Assembly: GCA_964384995.1 (NCBI GenBank)
Contig: CAYLMJ010000003.1
Span: 25,007 to 89,006 of the forward strand
DNA: 64,000 bases
From: an uncultured archaeon
GTDB taxonomy: Archaea; Thermoplasmatota; Poseidoniia; MGIII; CAYLMJ01
Direction: 5' to 3'
Part shown: positions 41,101 to 49,996 of the stretch, in pieces
Position numbering within the stretch: the first letter of the stretch is position 1
Layout: each line of letters starts with the position of its first letter
Translations under genes and position numbers: made by a program
Notes under the pieces: model-generated
What the model was told of the DNA's origin: nothing
Databases searched by the model: none
Seen by the model: only the letters and a program-made list of their open reading frames with translations

Positions 41101-41605
41101 CTGGCCGCTGACCGTGGACCCCGAGTACGTGGAGCCCGAGGAGCCCGAGAACAGGACCACCGACCTGCGGGTGGGCAGTCTCACCGCCTTCTCCACCTCC
41201 GGTGGGAGTCCGGCCCCCGCTGACAACACCCGGCTGTCGGCCCTTGTTGCGTGGCTTCCCGAGACCGAGGACAACCGGACCTCCCTGGTGGTGGAGGTGG
41301 AGTTCACCCTGGATGGCAATTCCCTGGCCACTCGGACCATCACCCTGTCTCCGGACCAGGAGCAGTCGGTGAGCGTCTTCTGGACCGCTGTCAAGGGCAG
41401 TCATGTCCTGCTGGTGGAGATCGATCCCCAGGGGCACCACAACGATACCGAACTTGGCGACAACATGGGCACCTACAAGTTCTCGGTGGAGGAGCCAACC
41501 TCGGATGAGGGTGGCTTCCTGCCCGCCCTGGGCCTGCCCGGCCTGCTGATGGTCCTGGCGTTGGCTGTGGGGGTCATCCGGTCGAGGCGAGGGGTTCGGC
41601 GTTAG
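38123..41605 (+). CDS. Secreted M6-family (InhA-like) zinc metalloprotease with multiple PKD domains and a C-terminal TM anchor
   Basis: Signal peptide ...AVFTALLATLLAAFVGLLIFTPPAAAA. HExxH motif in VMVHEFGHELHLPDLYD. Repeated PKD-like units (YLWDFGDGNTSGEADPSHTYDTYGTY...). C-terminal ...GLPGLLMVLALAVGVIRSRRGVRR. Confidence 0.7.
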   Translation: MQTRSHSSAVFTALLATLLAAFVGLLIFTPPAAAAPSTGEVQVAVILANFSDMDFEEEHNVSYFEALSFNLTGPSFRNYYLEASYGNLNLTGVVVEVNLSESREYYSTRGLQFIRDSADEADDDIDYTDIDAIIAVHPGAGGESSGDSTDLWSVHYSGTSISTDERPFSEASIIPEYEQSNGQQPPLGVMVHEFGHELHLPDLYDTDDSSEGIGSWGVMAAGSWNDYGRTPGHPSAWCKIELGWVTPIVVTEDTLNVILDPWTEDDTLYKLPIPANESDSDEYFLLTNRQLQDYDEHLPGAGLLIWHIDDSRSNNRDENHKLVDLEEADGRNDLDKPRGGGGNRGDADDPWTGDEGSFTQTSSPNSTAYDGSDSGWRITNIALDGDQVSFDIRLFMPPVAIADAEKGVVLPGEELNFTGSDSYDEDGDIVTYLWDFGDGNTSGEADPSHTYDTYGTYIVSLTVTDDDGVNSTTTITIYVNAPPVPVIEVARLTLLTGEKLFFNGTGSYDPDGTIFFWMWNFDDGGSSTKVALNHTFDDDGIYNVTLQVMDDRSTIATGYVLITVLNRAPVANFTADPLVGDTTTLFTFNFTGGDSDGTIALYLWDFGDGANSSTAPVSHMFDSSGNYTINLTIWDDDGAMDNASLNITITNAPPVAVVPERPGVWAAGEPLSLNGSGSYDPEDALTLLTWELSNGLNSTQGLFNLTLEPGRYQVWFNLTDAGEATTGVNWTLDVEPRPVAVLYAHRITAAVGQIVRFSSDGSGGGTDWFWDLGDGSNSTLLENTSRIYSSTGNYTVTLRITSPLGLVSNLTPASQQIIQVFPRPVANLTLPLGPYHQWLPLTLNASGSQSGWGALEYGYRIDNGTWTGYNSNATHTLNPSTGGNHTFSLRVQDGNDVVDQTNSTIYINWAPELSWSMEPLNPEVGQLVNLTLNLTDRDDNATQFSLNWSEGALVNQTIDLPANLTFNHTFTQEGEIEVRVVLTLEGGSRLSWVWPLTVDPEYVEPEEPENRTTDLRVGSLTAFSTSGGSPAPADNTRLSALVAWLPETEDNRTSLVVEVEFTLDGNSLATRTITLSPDQEQSVSVFWTAVKGSHVLLVEIDPQGHHNDTELGDNMGTYKFSVEEPTSDEGGFLPALGLPGLLMVLALAVGVIRSRRGVRR

Positions 41606-41711
41606 GGCAAGGATGGGCCTCGTGCTCGGTCCTGTGCCTCCCTTCATATGACTTTCTCGAGTTCCTCCTTACATTGGGGTAACCATTAAGGCCCCGGTGG
41701 CGACTGGAGGG

Positions 41712-44700
41712 ATGGTGTCCCTGGCTCGGCGTTCCCTGCCCTCATTGCCCCTTTTAGGTTGCCTGATGGCGATCGCGGGGCTGACCTTCCTGTTCCTGCT
41801 GACGCTGTCCATGGTACCCTCAGCCTCGGCCGAGGCTCCCGATCTGATCAACATCGAGGCCATCGTGGGTGCTTCCAACGATGATGGGGACGAGCTGGTG
41901 AACGATCTGGTCTTCATCGCCCATCAGGAGGATCGGGAGATATCGGGCCTGGAGATCCGAATCTATCTGAATGACATCGAGATCGACTCGGCCATCACCG
42001 ATGATGAGGGTGGGGCGGGCTTTGCCAACCTTACCGACGGCAACTACTCCTGGCGCGCCTTCCAGTTAGACCAACAGCTGACCTACGAAGGTGGCAACTG
42101 CATTGTCAACTTCGCAGGGGACCGGGGCACCAGCACCTATCTCATGGATATCGACGATGACGGTGCCCACGACGATCTGTTCCTCATGATCCCCAATGGC
42201 ACCGGGGAGGGCCAGCCCGAGGGCTACTACGAGATCTACAACGAGACCAGCGACCTTGTGGCCTCGGGACACACCAACCTCTCGGCCGAACCCTTCGGCA
42301 ACATCTCAATCGTGCTCGACCTGGTACCGGCCAACTACACCTTCTATCTCTGGACCAACGAGAGTGGCACTCTCCTGCAGAACGGCTCCTTCAACACCCA
42401 TCCTGCACCTGTCGATTCCAACGAATGGTTCGCCGACTGGTTCTACGAATACGAGGACCGCGACAGCGATGGACGGGACGACTGGGTCATGGTCCACTAC
42501 GACGTGGACACCGGCGACCCCCAGATGACGGTGAACGTCACCTGGGTCATCGAGAACTCCACCGGCGTCGAGCTGGTCAACGTCACCGACCCCTTCACCG
42601 CCCCCAACGGGACCGTGGACCATCGCAACCTCTCCTGGCTCTGCTCGGCCGGCGATGACTACACGTTCCGCCTCCACCTGTTCGACGAGAACAACACCCT
42701 GGAGGATTCCAACTCATCCCTGGCGACCCTGGACCTCTACAGCCTGCCTCCGCTGGTGAACTTCAGCTCGCCCCAGCCGGACACCATGGTGTGGGGGGTG
42801 GTGAACCTGACAGGCAACGCCTCGGACCCCGATGGCGACTCCACCCTGGAACTGGTCGAGGTGCGCTACCAGGGAGGCGACTGGGCCAATGCCACTCCCC
42901 TGGGCGGCGACTGGACCCTCTGGTACCACCACTGGGATACCGGGAGCCTGCCCGAGGGCCTCTACGACCTGGAGGCCAGGGCCTACGATGGCGACAACCA
43001 CTCCCTGGTGGCCCGAATGAGCCTGGAGGTCAACCACAACGACCCGCCCGCGGTGACCGTGGACAGCCCCCAGGAGGGGGCCCAGGTCCGGGGCAACATC
43101 ACCATCCGCGGTCATGCCATGGACCCCGACGGCGCGGCCAATCTGTCGGCGATCCAGGTCAGCCTGGACGACATCGGCTTCGATCAACCCTGGTTCGTCC
43201 CCGGAGCCTCCAGCTGGAACCTCAAGTGGAACACCAGCCATGCCTCCAACGGCGACCATACCCTCTACTTCAGGGCCCTTGACCACGGTGGACTCCACTC
43301 ACCGGTGGTCCAGGTCAACTTCACCATCCTGGCCAACCAGGCCCCCTCCATCGAGGTCCAGAGTCCCGAGATGCTGGTGAAACCCCAGGACTGGCTGGTG
43401 GACATAGCCTGGGAGGCCCAGGATCCGGAGGGTGACGACATGACCGTCAAACTGAGCGTGGAGCCGGTGGGCGAGCCCGAGGAGCGCGTGACCATTGCCA
43501 CCGGTCTGCCGGCCAGCGGGACCCACACCTGGAACTGCTCGGGCTTCGAGGTCGGGATATACCGCATCTGGGGCCGGGTGACCGATTCCTTCGGGGACCA
43601 CGATTCCGACTCGCCCAGCGGCAGGGTGGATGTGCCCAAGGTTGTGGTCTACTTCCTGAACCCCGCTCCCGCCGGCGACATCGCCGATGAGCTCTACCGG
43701 GTGAGATGGGTGGTGGATGGCTACGACGGCTCCCGCACCACCGATGTCTTCCTGGACAACGACACCGACGCAGAGAACGAGGGCGCCGTGACCCTGGTCA
43801 ACCTCCAGAAGCAGACCAGCTTCGATTGGGACACCTCCCAGCTGGCCGAGGGGACCTACTACCTGCGACTCAACGTCACCGTGGATGTCCTCTTCCTGGT
43901 CTCGGTCTTCTCGGGTCCCCTGGAGGTGATCCACCAGGACCAGCCCCAGCAGCTGGCCAACCTCACCATCAGCCCCATCGAGCTGAAGGAGGGCACCAGC
44001 GTCGAGTTCTCCATTGAGGTGATCAACCCTGGTTCGGGTAGCCAGCGGATGAACATCACCTACGTGATGGACAGCGTCCTGCTGGCCCAGAAGGATCTCT
44101 TCGTCGACAAGAAGGATATGCAGAGGGACTACCTCTACTGGACGGCCACACCGGGCGAGCACACCCTCCAGGTCCGGGTCTACCGCTGGCACCACGACGG
44201 CTTCGACCAGGAGCTGGAGCTGACCTTCATCGTGGAGGGTACCGCCAAGCCGGCCTCGACCGATGAGGACAACTCGCCCTGGCCCATGATCCTCATCATC
44301 GCCCTGACCCTGGTCATCCTGGTGGGCGCTCTCCTGGTCACCCGGGTCATCCCGGTGGACGAGCTCCTGGAGGGCAGAGCGTACGGCGGGAGAGGACCGC
44401 CACCCTCGACCCGGTCGTTATCGAGACCGGGAACGCCACGCTCACCAGACCTGCCGCCTCATGCGGCCCCATCCTCACCATCACCCTCATCGCCCTCCTC
44501 ACCATCTGAACCATCCTCCCCCTCTTCACCTCCCCCCGATGAAAGCGACGTGGATTTTGGCGAGGACACAGATGCTCCCGACCCGGATGCCGGGAAGGAG
44601 GATGGCGAGATCGAGTTCGAGGATGAGGCCTCCCCCGATGTGGAGTTCGAGGATGACTTAGAGAAAAAGACCGGAACCGGGGAGGGGCCGGAGACAGGGG

Positions 44701-44864
44701 CCGATGAGGGTAGTGACACAGCGGCTCCCGCCGATGCTCCCGAACCTGACACCGGGAAGGATGATGGCGGGTCTGGCGAGAAGGCCAACGGCCCCGGCAA
44801 GGACAGGGTCGATGGAGCAGAAGCCGGGCAGGACGGCGACGCTGGACCATCCGAGAGGGATTGA
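41712..44864 (+). CDS. Surface protein with multiple bacterial-Ig-like domains, a TM anchor and an acidic Pro/Ser-rich cytoplasmic tail
   Basis: Signal peptide MVSLARRSLPSLPLLGCLMAIAGLTFLFLLTLSMVPSASA. Repeated Ig-like units carrying DPDG motifs. TM segment PMILIIALTLVILVGALLV, then SSPSPSSPSSPSEPSSPSSPPPDESDVDFGEDTD... Confidence 0.65.
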   Translation: MVSLARRSLPSLPLLGCLMAIAGLTFLFLLTLSMVPSASAEAPDLINIEAIVGASNDDGDELVNDLVFIAHQEDREISGLEIRIYLNDIEIDSAITDDEGGAGFANLTDGNYSWRAFQLDQQLTYEGGNCIVNFAGDRGTSTYLMDIDDDGAHDDLFLMIPNGTGEGQPEGYYEIYNETSDLVASGHTNLSAEPFGNISIVLDLVPANYTFYLWTNESGTLLQNGSFNTHPAPVDSNEWFADWFYEYEDRDSDGRDDWVMVHYDVDTGDPQMTVNVTWVIENSTGVELVNVTDPFTAPNGTVDHRNLSWLCSAGDDYTFRLHLFDENNTLEDSNSSLATLDLYSLPPLVNFSSPQPDTMVWGVVNLTGNASDPDGDSTLELVEVRYQGGDWANATPLGGDWTLWYHHWDTGSLPEGLYDLEARAYDGDNHSLVARMSLEVNHNDPPAVTVDSPQEGAQVRGNITIRGHAMDPDGAANLSAIQVSLDDIGFDQPWFVPGASSWNLKWNTSHASNGDHTLYFRALDHGGLHSPVVQVNFTILANQAPSIEVQSPEMLVKPQDWLVDIAWEAQDPEGDDMTVKLSVEPVGEPEERVTIATGLPASGTHTWNCSGFEVGIYRIWGRVTDSFGDHDSDSPSGRVDVPKVVVYFLNPAPAGDIADELYRVRWVVDGYDGSRTTDVFLDNDTDAENEGAVTLVNLQKQTSFDWDTSQLAEGTYYLRLNVTVDVLFLVSVFSGPLEVIHQDQPQQLANLTISPIELKEGTSVEFSIEVINPGSGSQRMNITYVMDSVLLAQKDLFVDKKDMQRDYLYWTATPGEHTLQVRVYRWHHDGFDQELELTFIVEGTAKPASTDEDNSPWPMILIIALTLVILVGALLVTRVIPVDELLEGRAYGGRGPPPSTRSLSRPGTPRSPDLPPHAAPSSPSPSSPSSPSEPSSPSSPPPDESDVDFGEDTDAPDPDAGKEDGEIEFEDEASPDVEFEDDLEKKTGTGEGPETGADEGSDTAAPADAPEPDTGKDDGGSGEKANGPGKDRVDGAEAGQDGDAGPSERD

Positions 44865-44915
44865 GCAGCTCCCGGCAGCCTTTGAGCTTATTACCCAGAA
44901 TTCCATGTCCCGGCC

Positions 44916-45209
44916 ATGGTCCGGATCAAAGTGGTCCCCCTGGCCGGGGCGCCCAACTACAAGTTCGAGGTGACCGTCACCGAGAGGCGCAACGACTTCA
45001 CCACCCATGTGGTCACCATGGCCCAGGCCGACTTCTCCCGCTACGCCCAGACCCGCAGTGCCTTCGTCTCCCCCGAGCACGTCATCGAGACCGCCTTCGA
45101 GTTCCTGCTGGAGCAAGAGCCAAAGGAGTCGATCATGGCCAACTTCGACATCACCGTCATCTCCCACTTCTTCCCCGATTTCGAACGGACCCTGGTCGGG
45201 AGGCTGTGA
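44916..45209 (+). CDS. Hypothetical small protein of 97 aa
   Basis: ATG start, typical codon usage and no overlap with other genes; no recognisable motif. Confidence 0.4.
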   Translation: MVRIKVVPLAGAPNYKFEVTVTERRNDFTTHVVTMAQADFSRYAQTRSAFVSPEHVIETAFEFLLEQEPKESIMANFDITVISHFFPDFERTLVGRL

Positions 45210-45212
45210 GCC

Positions 45213-46763
45213 ATGGGAAAGGGAGCTCTAGTGAGTGGATCCGCCACCGACAAGGCCAAGACCTCAGATAAGTCAAAGGCACCCGACAAAGCCAAGGACC
45301 CGGATTCTGTCAAGACCAAGGGATCGCCCGAGCCGGAACCTTCCACCGCACCTTCCAAGGCCAAGAAGGAGGCGAAGCCGGCCGCGGCCAAAACAGCCTG
45401 CAAACCCACCGTGCCCCCACCGGCCCCGGAAGCGGCAGAGAGCCACACCTGCGGATACGAGGGGTGCCAGCGCACACCTGAGAAGGACTCGGTCCACTGC
45501 CTCTTCCACATCCCTGCAAAGGAGAAGGAGGCCATGGAGCTGTGGGACAGGAGCCTGGTGCGCTTCAACAAGAAGCTGGTCATCGGCGAGGGGGACTTTG
45601 CCGGCTTCGTCCTGAAGGGGGTCAACCTGGCGGGCAAGACCATCGAGCATGACCTCAACTTCCACGGGGCCCGGTTCATCGGTCCCACTGTGCTGTCGGG
45701 CGCCAAGCACAACAACACCGAGTTCAAGGGGGAGGTGAATCTGACGGAGGCGGTCTTCGAGGATGATGTGGACCTCTCCTGGGCCCACTTCCACGATCAG
45801 TGCGACTTCAGCCAGGCCACCTTCAAGGGCCTGCTGGACCTGCGATGGGCGGTCTTCGAGGCCCATGCCAAGTTCATCGGGATGCGCTGTGAAGGGGAGG
45901 CCGACTTTGGCGAATCGGTCTTCGAGGAGCACGCCTTCTTCAAGGAATCACATTTCGTGGTCAACGGCAACTTCAGCGCCGTCTACTTCGAGAAGGGCGG
46001 GGCCTTTGACCGGTCATACTTCAGGGAGGGCAACTTCGAGGATGCCGCCATCCAGAACGTCTCGTTCAGACGGGTGGCCCTGGACCATGTGGGTTTCGCC
46101 GGGGCCCAGATGGAGAACGCCTACCTGGCCGACTCATGGTGGTCGACGGCCTCGGACCGGACCACGGCCCAGGTGTTCCTCGACACCCTTTCGGTGGCCG
46201 ACCCCCGCTTCATCATCCACGAGGAGGAGGAGGCCGACCAGGTCCCCGATGACGATCGCAAGGAGAAGATCCGCTCCCTTTTGCGGGCCGAGTCCACCTA
46301 CCGCCGCCTGAAGCACACCCACACCAACGAGGGGGACTACAACAAGGCCGGCGAGTTCCACATCCACGAGATGCGGATGAAACAGCGCCGCTACCGGCTC
46401 CAGCGCGGTCTCAGGGTCAAGTGGAAGCTCTTCTGGAACACCTTCTACAACATCTCCTGTGGCTACGGCGAGCGGCCCAAGCGGCTCCTGCTCAACGCCG
46501 TCCTCATCGTCCTGCTCTTCTCCGGGCTGTACGAATTCTCCAACGGCATCGGCCACAGCAGCCTGGCCGAGGACGAGTTCGAATCCTACGACCCCTCGGC
46601 CGAGGAGTGCCTCTACTTCTCGGTGGTCACCTTCACCACCCTGGGCTACGGCGACTTCTCGCCCAAATCGGACTATCGTTTCTTCGCCGCCCTGGAGGCC
46701 TTCACCGGCGCCTTCACCATCGCCCTCTCGGTCCTGGTCTTCGGGCGCAAGATGATGCGGTGA
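45213..46763 (+). CDS. Pentapeptide-repeat protein fused to a 2-TM potassium channel pore domain
   Basis: Lys/Pro-rich N-terminus and Cys/His cluster (HTCGYEGCQ...HCLFH). Pentapeptide-like repeats follow (e.g. GARFIGPTVLSGAKHNNTEFKGEVNLTEAVFEDDVDLSWAHFHDQCDFSQATFKG). Then TM1, the pore helix with K+ selectivity filter TTLGYGDF, and TM2. Confidence 0.75.
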   Translation: MGKGALVSGSATDKAKTSDKSKAPDKAKDPDSVKTKGSPEPEPSTAPSKAKKEAKPAAAKTACKPTVPPPAPEAAESHTCGYEGCQRTPEKDSVHCLFHIPAKEKEAMELWDRSLVRFNKKLVIGEGDFAGFVLKGVNLAGKTIEHDLNFHGARFIGPTVLSGAKHNNTEFKGEVNLTEAVFEDDVDLSWAHFHDQCDFSQATFKGLLDLRWAVFEAHAKFIGMRCEGEADFGESVFEEHAFFKESHFVVNGNFSAVYFEKGGAFDRSYFREGNFEDAAIQNVSFRRVALDHVGFAGAQMENAYLADSWWSTASDRTTAQVFLDTLSVADPRFIIHEEEEADQVPDDDRKEKIRSLLRAESTYRRLKHTHTNEGDYNKAGEFHIHEMRMKQRRYRLQRGLRVKWKLFWNTFYNISCGYGERPKRLLLNAVLIVLLFSGLYEFSNGIGHSSLAEDEFESYDPSAEECLYFSVVTFTTLGYGDFSPKSDYRFFAALEAFTGAFTIALSVLVFGRKMMR

Positions 46764-46783
46764 GAGTTCCGGTCAGACAATTC

Positions 46784-47485
46784 TTACTTTGCTGTCCTCA
46801 GCCACTTCACCAGTTCCTTCATGGCCCGGCCGCGGTGGCTGACCTGGTTCTTCTCCTCCATGGTCAGCTCGGCAAAGGTCTGCATGTCGCCAAAGGCCGT
46901 GTCGGGTTGCTCGTCGGGGATGAAGACCGGGTCGAAGCCGAAGCCGCCCTCGCCGCACGCCTCGTAGCCGATGGTCCCCTCGCAGGTGCCCTTGAACAGC
47001 CGGGTCTCGCCATCGTGCAGGAGCAGGCCGATGACCGTCTCGAACCGGGCGTTGCGCTTGGCATCCTCCTTCCACGGCAGCATCAGGCGGATCAGCCCCT
47101 CGGCGCCGGCGGCCATGAACAGGGCCTTGGAATAGACTCCGGGGTAGCCTCCCAGCGCTTCGACGAAAAGACCCGAATCCTCGATGACGATGCCCCTTCC
47201 CTCGGCCGGCAGCATCGGTTCATCGTGCTCCAGGGAGGGGGCCATGTCGAATCCCGCCCCGATGGTGCGCCGGGACCTCTTCCTGGATCTGGGTGACAAG
47301 GACTCGCCCAGGTGGGTCAATCCATAGCGCACCACGTTCTCCAGGCTGTCGGTCTGGATCTCGGGATAGTCCAGTTTCTTCTTCCGCACCTTGAGGCCCA
47401 GGGGTTCCAGGCGTTCCTTGAACTCGGCCAGCTTCCCCGAGTTGGAGGTCACGAAGTCCAGACGGCCGATCTTGGTCTTCTTCAT
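46784..47485 (-). CDS. Non-canonical purine NTP pyrophosphatase (HAM1/RdgB/ITPase family)
   Basis: MKKTKIGRLDFVTSNSGKLAEFKE...IVIEDSGLFVEALGGYPGVYS...GFGFDPVFIPDEQPDTAFGDMQ...EKNQVSHRGRA. The ATG at 47485 overlaps the upstream stop as ATGA. Confidence 0.75.
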   Translation of the reverse strand: MKKTKIGRLDFVTSNSGKLAEFKERLEPLGLKVRKKKLDYPEIQTDSLENVVRYGLTHLGESLSPRSRKRSRRTIGAGFDMAPSLEHDEPMLPAEGRGIVIEDSGLFVEALGGYPGVYSKALFMAAGAEGLIRLMLPWKEDAKRNARFETVIGLLLHDGETRLFKGTCEGTIGYEACGEGGFGFDPVFIPDEQPDTAFGDMQTFAELTMEEKNQVSHRGRAMKELVKWLRTAK

Positions 47486-49893
47486 CACATCAGCTCCAGT
47501 TCCTTGCCCAGCACTCCATCGATGTAAACCTTTCGGGCGGCGTTGGTTATCTTCTTGTCCATCAAGTTCAGCTCCCACACCGGCAGGTAGCCGGGGGTTA
47601 TCTGGGTGGGCGCCTCGCCGAAAAGGCGCTTGAAGAGGTTGCGCACCTTGATCTTGGAGAAGGAGTGCTCGTTGCCCTTGTTGTCCAGGGGTGTCAGCTC
47701 ATCGTGATGGATCTGGTCCCAGGCGAACTCCTTGAACTCAGGAAGGTCCTTGTAGTCCCAGGGTTGCTGGTCCACGTTGGTGATGAAGGCCAGCTCCTTG
47801 GGTTTGAAGGGCGGCATCACATCGGTCTCGATCATCAGGATCTGGCCGGTCTGTCCGTGGAAGGTCAGCGAGCCCTTGTGGTCGGCCTTCATCAGCCCCA
47901 GCCGCTTGGTCTGGATGTCGTAGTCGACGTGGTAGATGGGCAGGTAGAAGAGCTTGAGGTCCCCCACGGTCTCGCCCTTGAAGACGAAGAGCGTCGATTC
48001 CCGCTCCTTCTCGGCCAGATGGGTCACCTCCGACTGGGAGACGTTGAGCCTGGGCACCTTGACATAATCCTTGGGATCTCCCGGTGGCTTGGGCGTTTCC
48101 AGCCGTTGGGCCTCATCCTCATCATTGCCACCAAGCCCCGGCAGATGGGAGATGGCCTCCTTGAGCCCGTCCAGGGGTGACCCGGCCACCGTGTACGCCT
48201 CCTGCTCCACTTCGCTGATCGGTGTGGGTTCTGGTTCGAGTTCGGTGTCGGTCTCAGGCTCAGGGGCAGCCTCTTGCGATTTCCCGGTGGAACGGTCCGC
48301 CTCGGCCGGTTGGAGGGTTTCGGGCGCAACGGTCTCCACCTCGGGCACCTCAGGCACATCGGGCAGGTCGGAAAGTACCCCTACCTCAGGGGCGGCCTGT
48401 TCAGGTTTGGCTGGCTCCGCTCGGGTCTCCCCGGTCGACCTATCCATTTCCTGCTCTCTTTCTCGCACCCTTGCGCTTTCCTCCTTCACCCATTCTCTCG
48501 CCTTGGCTCCCTTTTCGAACCTGGCGAAATGCTCCCGCACCGCAGAGGGCATCAGGCTTCGCAAGGCGTCCTCGTCCAGGGTCGAGTGCTGGGTCAACAG
48601 CCATCTGGCCTGCATCTGTTTGGCCCGGTCGAAGACATCGGGGCAGATGAGCAGGAAGTGGCCGGTGGTCAGGTTGGGGATGGAGGTCATGATGGACTCC
48701 ACCTCCTCGGGGGCCATGGCCTTCACCATGTGGGAGACCTTGGACAGGTCCTGCTTGGTCATCATCCGCCCCAGCGCCCAGGTATTGGCCTGGGCCATGG
48801 CCTTGTAATCGATGTCGGCCGGGTTCTGGGTGCACATCAGACAGCTCACGCCGTACTTGCGCCCCTGCTTGAACAGCAGGGTCAGCATCTCCTTGGCCGG
48901 CGGGTTCCGGGGATGGGGCGGCAGGTAGGAGGAGACCTCGTCGATGTAGAAGACCAGCTGGACCCGTTCCGAGGGGTTCTGGAGCATCCAGTTGTAGATC
49001 TCCCGGGCCACCATGGAGACGAAGAACTGCTTGTCCGACTCGGCGTTGAGGGTGTTCAGGTAGATGATGTTGATGGGCACCTTGTTGGCGTTGGCCGGGC
49101 TCAGGAAGGTCTCCATGTCCAAGGGCGCCCCGAAGTTGAACATCAGCTTCTTGAGGCCCACCGAGAACTGGCGCAGTTTCTTGGCGATGCTGGCCCGCTC
49201 TCTGGGGGTGATGAATGTCTCGCCCCCCTCCAGGCCCTCCTCCTTGGGGTCGGCCACGATGTCGGCAAAACGGGCGAAATCCTTGGTCTGGACCCCCGAG
49301 TCCCAGAGCTGTTCGATGAGCTGGTAGAGGAAGGCCGTGCAGCTCTTTCCATCGTCCGATTGCACGTCGTACCCCATCAGCTGGGTCAGCCCCTTGGCCA
49401 CCATGTCCACCGCCCGGATCCGCTCGTCCGGTGATAGCCGGTCGGGCGGGGGCAGGTGCAACGGGTCGATGGAGATGGGGATGCCCTTGGAGGAGGCGGG
49501 GGTGAAGATGCGGACCTCGGCCTTCTGGGTCAGGCTCACCAGCCGGGTGGGGTCACCGCCGTGGTCCTCGATGTCCTTGACCAGTCCTCCCAGGGCCAGG
49601 GAGGCCAGGTCGCCCTGGGGGTCGATGAGCACCGAGGGGATGTTGGCCATGGTGGCCTCCTCGATGAAGCACTTGGCCATCACCGTCTTGCCCGAGCCCG
49701 AGGCTCCCAGCACCGTGACATGGCGCTTCAGCACGTCCACAGGCAGCCTCACCGGGCCCTCCCGGGACCAGCCAATGAGCAGCTCGCCTTGGTCCATGGC
49801 AAGGGATGACCCGGCTGTTCTAAAAGGATTGTGAGCACCAGAGGAGGGCATTCCCATCGGCCCTGACCTCAAGCCTAGCATCAGCGATGTCAA
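47485..49893 (-). CDS. HerA/FtsK-like P-loop ATPase (DUF87 family) with a long acidic linker and an uncharacterised C-terminal domain
   Basis: Walker A VTVLGASGSGKT and Walker B QLVFYIDEVSS. An approximately 130-aa Glu/Pro-rich linker is followed by an approximately 200-aa C-terminal domain with no recognisable motif. Confidence 0.7.
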   Translation of the reverse strand: MTSLMLGLRSGPMGMPSSGAHNPFRTAGSSLAMDQGELLIGWSREGPVRLPVDVLKRHVTVLGASGSGKTVMAKCFIEEATMANIPSVLIDPQGDLASLALGGLVKDIEDHGGDPTRLVSLTQKAEVRIFTPASSKGIPISIDPLHLPPPDRLSPDERIRAVDMVAKGLTQLMGYDVQSDDGKSCTAFLYQLIEQLWDSGVQTKDFARFADIVADPKEEGLEGGETFITPRERASIAKKLRQFSVGLKKLMFNFGAPLDMETFLSPANANKVPINIIYLNTLNAESDKQFFVSMVAREIYNWMLQNPSERVQLVFYIDEVSSYLPPHPRNPPAKEMLTLLFKQGRKYGVSCLMCTQNPADIDYKAMAQANTWALGRMMTKQDLSKVSHMVKAMAPEEVESIMTSIPNLTTGHFLLICPDVFDRAKQMQARWLLTQHSTLDEDALRSLMPSAVREHFARFEKGAKAREWVKEESARVREREQEMDRSTGETRAEPAKPEQAAPEVGVLSDLPDVPEVPEVETVAPETLQPAEADRSTGKSQEAAPEPETDTELEPEPTPISEVEQEAYTVAGSPLDGLKEAISHLPGLGGNDEDEAQRLETPKPPGDPKDYVKVPRLNVSQSEVTHLAEKERESTLFVFKGETVGDLKLFYLPIYHVDYDIQTKRLGLMKADHKGSLTFHGQTGQILMIETDVMPPFKPKELAFITNVDQQPWDYKDLPEFKEFAWDQIHHDELTPLDNKGNEHSFSKIKVRNLFKRLFGEAPTQITPGYLPVWELNLMDKKITNAARKVYIDGVLGKELELM

Positions 49894-49996
49894 TGGGGCT
49901 CAAAAGCAGCGAAACATTACACCCGAAAAGCCTTTGAGAATTTGGATTATTAAATAATTTAAATCGTGTACAACAATGTTTATGGAGATTCTGGAA

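Noticed and set aside
38933-41647. Minus-strand ORFs 38933..40357 and 40664..41647
   Set aside because: Antisense to the M6 metalloprotease gene with the HExxH motif; their composition is typical of GC-rich shadow frames.
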